Below are positions 1-6,221 of a stretch of 24,000 nucleotides of DNA, in pieces. How positions within the stretch are numbered: the first letter of the stretch is position 1; the number at the start of each line of letters is the position of its first letter. The position numbers were made by a program, and so were the translations under genes. Below the pieces are notes generated by a model. The model searched no databases and was not told the origin of the DNA. It worked only from the letters and a program-made list of their open reading frames with translations. Source of the stretch: Kineococcus sp. SYSU DK003 (GTDB lineage Bacteria; Actinomycetota; Actinomycetes; Actinomycetales; Kineococcaceae); contig NZ_JBJLSI010000012.1 of the NCBI RefSeq assembly GCF_050871945.1, positions 1 to 24,000 of the forward strand, written 5' to 3'.

Positions 1-3
1 CTC

Positions 4-264
4 GGCGCTGCGCGCCTCGCTCCAGAACGGGTCGCTGAAGCGACCCGGGTTTCCTCGCTGCGCTCGGAAACTGCGCTCGCGCTACGCGCTCCCGCCGCGA
101 CTATCGTTGCACCGCAGTAAGTTGCAGCGTCTGAACTTCGTACCCCCTCGCTGCGCTCCGGGGCCCCCGATCACCGACTAACTCTCTCCCGGAGTTTCGC
201 CTCGCTGCGCTCGGGCGAAACTCCTCAGCCCTACCGCTTGAATTTCACGCCGCTGCGCGGCTAG
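4..264. repeat. Cluster of six short GC-rich hairpins, five with the apex GC-TGC-GC (GCA triloop on the complementary strand)
   Basis: Read directly: GGCGC-TGC-GCGCC (4-16); CGGGTCGC-TGAA-GCGACCCG (28-47); GTTTCC/TCGCTGCGCTC/GGAAAC (49-71); CCCC/CTCGCTGCGCTCC/GGGG (143-163); GGAGTTTCGCC/TCGCTGCGCTC/GGGCGAAACTCC (191-224); GCCGC-TGC-GCGGC (249-261). The 11-nt core TCGCTGCGCTC is identical in three copies, while the flanking arms differ but stay complementary. No ORF with coding character covers the stretch. Confidence 0.6.
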
Positions 265-379
265 ATCAGTACCGCAACCTACGCCCTGAACAAGGCGTGG
301 CTCCCCTACTGAGTGCAGGCGTCAGTGTTTGTCATAGTCGGGGGAGGCTGAACCGTTCTGGGGTCACAGGAGGCGGGGT

Positions 380-819
380 TTAGGCCACTGATGCTACCAG
401 CTGATCGTCGTTTCCTCCGATGCTGCAACGGGTCTGCTCGAACGTGGCGGGCCGAACGTGCCTGATCGAGGAGTGCCGACGCTCCTGGTTGAACCACCGC
501 ACATACTCCGCAGTTTCGACCTCGACGTACTGCCGGCCCCGCCACGAACCGGCGATCTGGTGGATCAACTCGGCCTTGTACAGCCCGATCGTCGACTCCA
601 TCAGCGTGTTAGCCAACGCCTCGCCGACCGTTGCGATCGAGCCCGCGTCCGCTTCAGCGGTCTGCACCCAGCTGCGCAGGGTCGCCGGGTTGATGCCGAG
701 CACAGCGCCGACGTGCTGACGGCCCTTCAGCTTCAAGCCGGGTGGTCGACCAGGTACTCGCGGTACAGGCAGACCACCCGGTCACCGGTCTCCTCGTCGA
801 ACTCGCGGGGTGCTGCCAC
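380..819 (-). pseudogene. IS3-family transposase remnant (frameshifted, large internal deletion)
   Basis: Minus-strand translation gives VAAPREFDEETGDRVVCLYREYLVDHP from GTG 819, then a stop and frameshift near 737. It continues LKLKGRQHVGAVLGINPATLRSWVQTAEADAG (IS3 OrfA-type HTH). This is joined directly to SIATVGEALANTLMESTIGLYKAELI...YVRWFNQERRHSSI, which looks like the extreme C-terminus of IS3 OrfB (rve). The DDE core is absent. Possible degenerate ends TGAGTGCAGGC (310-320) and GCCTCCACACTA (886-897) are weak. Confidence 0.75.
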
Positions 820-969
820 GGCTCCAGTCTCCTCTTGTTCGATCAGAGCCTTCGCTACATCCAGGACGGTTCACCCCCGGCTTGGGCCTCCACACTATGG
901 CTGTGCCTGTTGGCCCGATCGATGGGCAACAGTTGCCGGCCACAAGTCGCCGGACTCTAGGGCATGGGA

Positions 970-1401
970 TCAAAGGGATGGGACCGACGAAGTCAGGACA
1001 CGGCCGGCGGTGGGTGCTTGCTCGCAACGCATGACCTGCCGGCCGACGACATTGACGTAAGGGGCGAGGAAGCATCCGATGCCCATCGCGGTGCCTGGAT
1101 CCTCGCCTGCGTCGGTCAGGAGCATCACCGGCCCGCGAGCGCCGGGGCCGGTGATGAGGTAGTAGCCGGGAGGTGGGTCGCGGGGACGGGGTTGGCGTAG
1201 CTGGCTGGCTGGTGCCGGGTCGCCGGGGTGTGATCCGCTGGCGGTGAGCTCGTGCCGCGAGCGCTGGTTGCTGGGCAGGGGCCAACGTCTGGCAGAGAGC
1301 TCATCGATGGTGATCGATGAGCCTAGGCGCCACGCCTGTGCCCTCATGGCCTTTGTGCCCTCGCCGGCGGTGTCCTCGAGCCCGACGTTCTCACGGCCCA
1401 C
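970..1401 (-). CDS. Hypothetical ORF, possibly a gene fragment
   Basis: The C-terminal half (GYYLITGPGARGPVMLLTDAGEDPGTAMGIGCFLAPYVNVVGRQVM) has high third-position GC and a non-junk composition. There is no recognisable domain, no clear start or SD, and it sits next to an IS remnant. Confidence 0.2.
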   Translation of the reverse strand: MGRENVGLEDTAGEGTKAMRAQAWRLGSSITIDELSARRWPLPSNQRSRHELTASGSHPGDPAPASQLRQPRPRDPPPGYYLITGPGARGPVMLLTDAGEDPGTAMGIGCFLAPYVNVVGRQVMRCEQAPTAGRVLTSSVPSL

Positions 1402-1606
1402 GTGATGGTGATCGAGTGCTCAGTCGAGTCCAGTCGAGTCCTCAAGAGCGCGTGGCCGGCACCGCCGTGGTGGTGACCGTTCGGCATCGGTGGCCGGTAG
1501 GGCTCAGAACTGTGACCGGGCCCGGCACACCGGTGCCATCGGTGCACCCGTGTGGCACGCTGGACCCAGATGACGACGAGCGAACAGGACGACTCTTCAG
1601 CCCCAT

Positions 1607-1681
1607 GACGTTGCGGCTCGACGACCCTGCAGCCACCAGGACGTTGCACTTGTTGGGACGTTGCAGCTGCTGGGACGTTGC
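1607..1681. repeat. Phased iteron array, core GACGTTGC, period about 17 bp
   Basis: Exact GACGTTGC at 1607-1614, 1640-1647, 1657-1664 and 1674-1681. A 6/8 copy (GACCCTGC) sits at 1623-1630 and fills the phase. The last three copies extend to GGGACGTTGCA. The array ends about 60 bp upstream of GTG 1742. Confidence 0.7.
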
Positions 1682-1741
1682 ACCTCCCGGGCTGTAGGTC
1701 GCACCACTGAACCGCCATCTGCAGCAGGCAGGAGTGATGAC

Positions 1742-2122
1742 GTGTCCCGGATCAACGCATACCGCGTCGGCACCGTCACCCTGACCTCCTTCGCCACCCA
1801 TGCCCTCCTGCCCTTGCTGGTCCTGCTGGCCGCGGTGCCGGCTGCCGCACTGTTCGACTACCTCGCCGGCTACCTCGCCGGCGACGCCGCTGAATCGGCT
1901 GGCGGTGCTGCTCACCGTCACGATGAGCAGCTGCAAGACCTCCAGCGTCACCTCGCACAGCTGCAGGCCGCACAGCGCAGTGCCGCCACCCTCCCGCCGT
2001 GCGCCCCGGTGCCCCCACCGGTCGGTGAGCCCGTTCCCGGCCCCGGGACCGGCTCCCCCATCAGCGGTGGCCACCTGGCCACCCTGGCCCGGCCCCCCGC
2101 AGACCCACACCCCAGCAGCTGA
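1742..2122 (+). CDS. Small membrane protein (one hydrophobic helix, short coiled-coil-like segment, Pro-rich tail); paralogue at 23790
   Basis: GTG 1742 is preceded by CAGGAG (1729-1734, 7-nt spacer). MSRINAYRVGTVTLTSFATHALLPLLVLLAAVPAAALFDYLAGYLAG aligns with the ORF starting at 23790. The upstream part of the tracked ORF (1661-1741) overlaps the iterons and was not used. Confidence 0.6.
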   Translation: MSRINAYRVGTVTLTSFATHALLPLLVLLAAVPAAALFDYLAGYLAGDAAESAGGAAHRHDEQLQDLQRHLAQLQAAQRSAATLPPCAPVPPPVGEPVPGPGTGSPISGGHLATLARPPADPHPSS

Positions 2123-2355
2123 CACCGCAGCAGCTAGTACTAAAGCTCAGTTGCAGCCCAGCGCTCTCGCGAGCGCCGCAGGGCCTAGACCGACTCACTC
2201 GCCGCAGGGCTAGAGCGCGAAGCCCCCTTCAGGTCATCACCGCCGTCTCATCTGCGCACCGCAGCGGCGCACCCCGTCACCCAGTGGCACCCCCACCCCG
2301 GGCCCTATGACACACCCGCCCGGGGCCCCTTCGCCCCTTCCATCGGAGACCTTCC

Positions 2356-2712
2356 ATGACCCAGACCCCCGCCTCCGTGAGCGCCGCGCACCTGCACACC
2401 AGCAACCCCGATGACGCCGGCGTGGACGTCACCGACCTGGCCCAGGCTCGCCGCAAGACCGAGGGTGACGTGGAGGACCTGGCCACCCGCGCCGCCCGGG
2501 CCCGCCAGATCAACGCCCACCGCGCCACCTACGCCGCCGCCGCCGTGCACCGGCACGGCCAAGTCAGCCGCAGCGACGCCGACGGCCTCCCGGAAGCCCT
2601 GGTGGAACTGCTGGCCGACCTGCACCACCTGTGCGACAGCTGCGACATCGACCTGGCGCCCCTGTACCAAGCCGCCGTCCTGGTCCACGCCCGCGAAACC
2701 CACGCCGCCTAA
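2356..2712 (+). CDS. Hypothetical 118-aa protein
   Basis: ATG 2356 with GGAGA 6 nt upstream. Composition is coding-like, with a helical C-terminal motif LVELLADLHHLCDSCDIDL. No family recognised. Confidence 0.55.
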   Translation: MTQTPASVSAAHLHTSNPDDAGVDVTDLAQARRKTEGDVEDLATRAARARQINAHRATYAAAAVHRHGQVSRSDADGLPEALVELLADLHHLCDSCDIDLAPLYQAAVLVHARETHAA

Positions 2713-2876
2713 GCAGCCCCCTCACGTCAGGCCCATCACCTCGAGACCCGCCCGCCCTTGTCCTGTGATGCAGACCCCGCTACCTCTGCTCCTGCTCACC
2801 TCCGGCGCCTGCCCAGGCCCCGCGGCCCAGGACCCAATAGGCTCGATTCAGGTCCTCACCCCATACGTAGCACTGC

Positions 2877-2905
2877 TTGACATTTTCGTGTGATCTTGAG
2901 ATAAT
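2877..2905 (+). promoter_or_regulatory. Near-consensus sigma70/HrdB-type promoter
   Basis: TTGACA (2877-2882), a 17-nt spacer, then GATAAT (2900-2905) with TG at 2897-2898 in the extended -10 position. It lies in a locally AT-rich island (about 2871-2915) within GC-rich DNA. A second TTGACA at 2908-2913 has a poorer -10. Confidence 0.55.
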
Positions 2906-3032
2906 CCTTGACATCACCCCGTAGTGGCCCATAGCCCGCGGGGTTTCGTCATCTCCAGGGTCTTTTTGCAGGACTTCCCGCCCCAGCCGACCACATCCGG
3001 ATGCGCCCCTACCGCCCACTACCTGGCCACCC

Positions 3033-3077
3033 AGCGCCTGATCACTCAGCACCTGATCACTCCGCACCTGATCACTT
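3033..3077 (+). repeat. Three tandem 15-bp repeats containing the palindrome TGATCA
   Basis: AGCGCCTGATCACTC / AGCACCTGATCACTC / CGCACCTGATCACTT. CCTGATCACT is exact at 3037-3046, 3052-3061 and 3067-3076. The repeats lie between the promoter and ATG 3101. Confidence 0.8.
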
Positions 3078-3100
3078 CGCTGTCCGAGCCGGGCGGCAGG

Positions 3101-4183
3101 ATGCAGCCCGTGCCCGCACGCGATCTCCAGCACCCCGCACCCGACCCCAGCGATCTGCCTGCTGACCTGCCGGAGGGCTACGCCGAGCTGCTCGAACAGC
3201 TCAAGGCCCGCGTGGCCACCGCCCGCGTGCGCGCCGCCCGCGCCGCCAACACCGAACTGCTCCGGCTGTACTGGTCCATCGGGCACGACATCCTGCAGCG
3301 TCAGCACGACGCCGGCTGGGGGGCCAAGGTCATCGCCCGCCTAGCTGATGACCTCCGTGAGGCCTTCCCCGACCAGCGCGGCTTCTCCCGCCGCAACCTG
3401 CAGTACATGCGCGCCGCCGCCGCGGCCTGGCCCCAGGAGGCCGACTTTGTGCAACAGGCCGTTGCACAATTGCCCTGGGGCCACCTCACCGTCCTGCTGG
3501 GCCGCCTGGATGAGCGCGCCGTCCGCGACTGGTACGCCACCCAGGCCCTGCAGCACGGCTGGTCCCGCGACGTGCTGGCCAACCAGATCGACTCCGGCCT
3601 GCACACCCGCATCGGCACCGCCCCCTCCAACTTCACCACCCAGCTGCCCCAGCCCGACTCCGAACTGGCCCAGCAGCTGACCCGCGACCCTTACGTCTTC
3701 GACCACCTGGCCATCACCGACCGCGCCAGCGAGCGGGCCATGGAACAAGGTCTGGTCGAGCGCCTGCAGCAGACGCTGACCGCCTTCGGGCACGGCATGG
3801 CCTTCGTCGGCCGTCAGGTCCGCTTCACCGTCGGCGACGAAGAGATGATCATCGACCTGCTGCTGTTCCACATCCCGCAGGTCCGCTACATCGTCATCGA
3901 ACTGAAGATCGGACGCTTCAGCCCCGCCTACACCGGCCAGCTCGGCGCCTACGTCGCCCTCATCGACGACCGCCTGCGCGATGAGGCCATCCACGCCCCC
4001 ACCGTGGGGATCCTGCTGTGCAAAGACCGCGACGAACAAGTCGTGCGCTACGCCCTGGCCGGCGCCCCGGCCCCCATGGCGGTGGCCACCTACACCTACG
4101 ACACCCTGCCCCCCGACCAACGCGCCGGACTGCCCGATGCGGCCACTTTGACTGCTGCCATCACCCCCCGACAGGCGGAGTGA
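3101..4183 (+). CDS. DUF1016 / YhcG-family PD-(D/E)XK nuclease-fold protein
   Basis: N-terminal region YAELLEQLKARV...NTELLRLYWSIGHDIL...FSRRNLQYMR...LPWGHLTVLL. C-terminal core MIIDLLLFHIPQVRYIVIELKIGRFSPAYTGQLGAYVALID (D ... E-L-K). ATG 3101 gives about 360 aa, typical for the family. An in-frame GTG at 2924 is an alternative start (see findings). Confidence 0.85.
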   Translation: MQPVPARDLQHPAPDPSDLPADLPEGYAELLEQLKARVATARVRAARAANTELLRLYWSIGHDILQRQHDAGWGAKVIARLADDLREAFPDQRGFSRRNLQYMRAAAAAWPQEADFVQQAVAQLPWGHLTVLLGRLDERAVRDWYATQALQHGWSRDVLANQIDSGLHTRIGTAPSNFTTQLPQPDSELAQQLTRDPYVFDHLAITDRASERAMEQGLVERLQQTLTAFGHGMAFVGRQVRFTVGDEEMIIDLLLFHIPQVRYIVIELKIGRFSPAYTGQLGAYVALIDDRLRDEAIHAPTVGILLCKDRDEQVVRYALAGAPAPMAVATYTYDTLPPDQRAGLPDAATLTAAITPRQAE

Positions 4184-4189
4184 GCTGTT

Positions 4190-5731
4190 ATGGCCTTGGG
4201 CATCTTCCGTAGCTTCAACAAGGAGAAAAGTCCGCTCTCCTACCATCTGCGTCAGCGCTTCCTGCGCCCAGCCGAGCGCCAGGTCGAACAGATCCCGCTG
4301 GAGGAGTTGACGGACCCCGGCGCCTTGGCGCACCGCCTCGCCGAGCAGTACAGGGTTCAGCCCCCAACGTTGCACGGACGTGAGGCCGCGCGCGACGGCG
4401 ACGACGGTGAGCCTCGCCCCACTGGCACCGCAGCTGTGCGGCTACCCACCACCCGCTTCTACGTCGCCATTCAGGTCACCGGCGAGGTAGAGCTGCTGGA
4501 GTGGTGGCCAGACACACTGGGCGCGAACCTGTCCCCGGTCGACCACGGGCTGGGCGAGTGGATTTCCCCCGCCCCTGGCACGCCTTTCGACGCCGCTGAG
4601 GCATTGCGCCGCCACCGGGCTTTGCTCGCGCAAGACCTGTGGACCATCGGGCGCCGCAGCGACCCCGGTCCCTTGGCGCTATACACCTTCCTCGATCTGA
4701 CCGACGACGAGCTCGACGAGCTCGCCACAAACGGGCGGGACCTGAGCGCCGAGGTTGATGAGTCCCTGATGGTGATCAAGCCGATCGTCGAGGCCATCGC
4801 CGCGCAGACCCGCGCTTTCTTCGACACTGAGATGCCGCGGCATCTGCAGCAGCTGATCGAGGCCAGACGCCGACACCTGCAGGGCCGACGTCGGGCGGTG
4901 CGCAGCTTGATTTGGCCGACGGGCTGGAAGTACGACTCCCCTGCACTGACCGCGCTACCTGGCACACCTACCCCCAGCCCCGAGGCGGGGGCTAACACCC
5001 ACCCCATGCTCATCCCCCGATCCACGCCCGCGGGGCAATCCGGACCTGATTTCGAGCAACAGTCCAGGGCGGACGAGGCAGCGCATACCTTGATCGATGA
5101 GTCCGCCTCGGTTGACGACACCTTGGTCCGCGGTGTCGCGGTTCGCGACGTCGCCCTCGGGCTGCCGGCCCGGTTGGCCGATGCGTCCTTCACTGACCTG
5201 CTGCGCACGATCCGGGTGTGGGCCGATGCCGTGCACCGCCACCCCACCGCCTACGTGCGATTGGCAGAAGAACGCATCAGTGACCTGCTGGCCGCCACCC
5301 TCAACGCCGCCCTGCCCGGAGCCCAGCGCGAGGTCTACAGCCGCAGCGGCAAGACCGACCTGTACGTGCGCGCCGACGTGCTGGCCACCGGAGCAGCCCC
5401 CGCCAAGGTCTTCATCTGCGAGTGCAAGCGCTGGAGCGGGCCCAGCCAAGTTGCCGGCGACCTCGACCAACTGCTGGGCTACCTCGACGGCACCGACACC
5501 GCCGCGGTCCTGCTGTACATCGTCGACCGCACCCGTCCCCACCTCGTGCACGAGGCCGCTGCCGCCAAGCTGCGTGAGCGGCCCGAGTACCGCAACGATG
5601 AGGAGTCGATCGTGGACGGCTGGCCGTTACTGAACTTGCAAACCCCAACCGGCCGCGTCCGCCTATGTCTGGTCTTCCTCGACCTGCCTGCCACACGCTC
5701 CGCCGCAGACCACAAAGCCAGGCGGCAGTAA
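4190..5731 (+). CDS. Unrecognised 513-aa protein with a C-terminal PD-(D/E)XK-like nuclease core
   Basis: ATG 4190 lies 6 nt after the upstream stop, with GGCGGAG 9 nt upstream. The C-terminus reads EERISDLLAATLNAAL...GKTDLYVRAD...KVFICECKRWSGPSQVAGDLDQLLGYL (Asp 5357-5359, Glu-Cys-Lys 5420-5428). The first ~350 aa match no family I recognise. Confidence 0.75.
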   Translation: MALGIFRSFNKEKSPLSYHLRQRFLRPAERQVEQIPLEELTDPGALAHRLAEQYRVQPPTLHGREAARDGDDGEPRPTGTAAVRLPTTRFYVAIQVTGEVELLEWWPDTLGANLSPVDHGLGEWISPAPGTPFDAAEALRRHRALLAQDLWTIGRRSDPGPLALYTFLDLTDDELDELATNGRDLSAEVDESLMVIKPIVEAIAAQTRAFFDTEMPRHLQQLIEARRRHLQGRRRAVRSLIWPTGWKYDSPALTALPGTPTPSPEAGANTHPMLIPRSTPAGQSGPDFEQQSRADEAAHTLIDESASVDDTLVRGVAVRDVALGLPARLADASFTDLLRTIRVWADAVHRHPTAYVRLAEERISDLLAATLNAALPGAQREVYSRSGKTDLYVRADVLATGAAPAKVFICECKRWSGPSQVAGDLDQLLGYLDGTDTAAVLLYIVDRTRPHLVHEAAAAKLRERPEYRNDEESIVDGWPLLNLQTPTGRVRLCLVFLDLPATRSAADHKARRQ

Positions 5732-5831
5732 GTCGCACCTTCACGCATCGGCTACTGGGTGAGCAGATGCAATGCGACGTAGGCGGTTAGTCCGCACGGG
5801 TGAACTTTGGCGATCGTCGTGACAAGCGTCG

Positions 5832-5863
5832 CGCATAACCTCGTGAGGACACGAGGTTATGCG
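5832..5863. terminator. Perfect 14-bp inverted repeat with a 4-nt loop (terminator or operator)
   Basis: CGCATAACCTCGTG-agga-CACGAGGTTATGCG, about 100 nt after the stop at 5731. There is no T-tract. It is unusually AT-rich for this DNA. Confidence 0.45.
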
Positions 5864-5993
5864 TGACGCCTTGTCCGGGTCTAGAGCCGTTCCGGTGAAC
5901 CCTGGACCTCGAATTTCCTATGCCGCCATAGTCATCGTGCACGCCACAGCCACGAGGACTCGCCCGTCGAGTCGCACCTCCGAGGAGGCCCTG

Positions 5994-6221
5994 TTGAGCA
6001 ACATTCAGTGGACCCACGTTCACTCGTCTCGCATCACGGCCGAGGCCTACGACGCCGTCAAGCAGCGGATTTACGTGCGCTTTCCCGACGGAGTCGAGTA
6101 CTGGTACGGCAACTGCACGCCGGAGGTCTGGGCGGACTTCACCGCACCCGGGCAATCGCGCGGAAAGTACATCGCCGCCCACCTGGATGAGAGACCCAGG
6201 GGACACCTCAATCGTCGATGA
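5994..6221 (+). CDS. KTSC-domain protein (about 75 aa)
   Basis: HSSRITAEAYDAVKQRIYVRFPDGVEYWYGNCTPEVWADFTAPGQSRGKYIAAHL follows the KTSC pattern (S..I..v.Yd......L.V.F..G..Y.Y..VP...y..l......sKG.yf...I). TTG 5994 is preceded by GAGGAGG (5982-5988). The longer tracked ORF (from 5859) starts inside the hairpin and was trimmed. Confidence 0.65.
   Translation: MSNIQWTHVHSSRITAEAYDAVKQRIYVRFPDGVEYWYGNCTPEVWADFTAPGQSRGKYIAAHLDERPRGHLNRR

Noticed and set aside
1442-2125. 227-aa minus-strand ORF overlapping the small membrane-protein gene
   Set aside because: It is a Gly-rich, motif-free translation. The plus-strand frame is supported by an SD, a hydrophobic helix and a paralogue elsewhere in the window.
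3341-4375. 344-aa minus-strand ORF antisense to the DUF1016 gene
   Set aside because: The Gly/Val/Ala/Gln-rich translation has no motifs and lies exactly antisense to an ORF with clear family motifs. This is the typical shadow ORF of high-GC DNA.
5627-5629. In-frame TTA (Leu) codon in the 513-aa gene as a possible bldA-type regulatory signal
   Set aside because: It is a single codon, the host genus is unknown, and bldA dependence is only established in Streptomyces. It is noted here but not treated as evidence.
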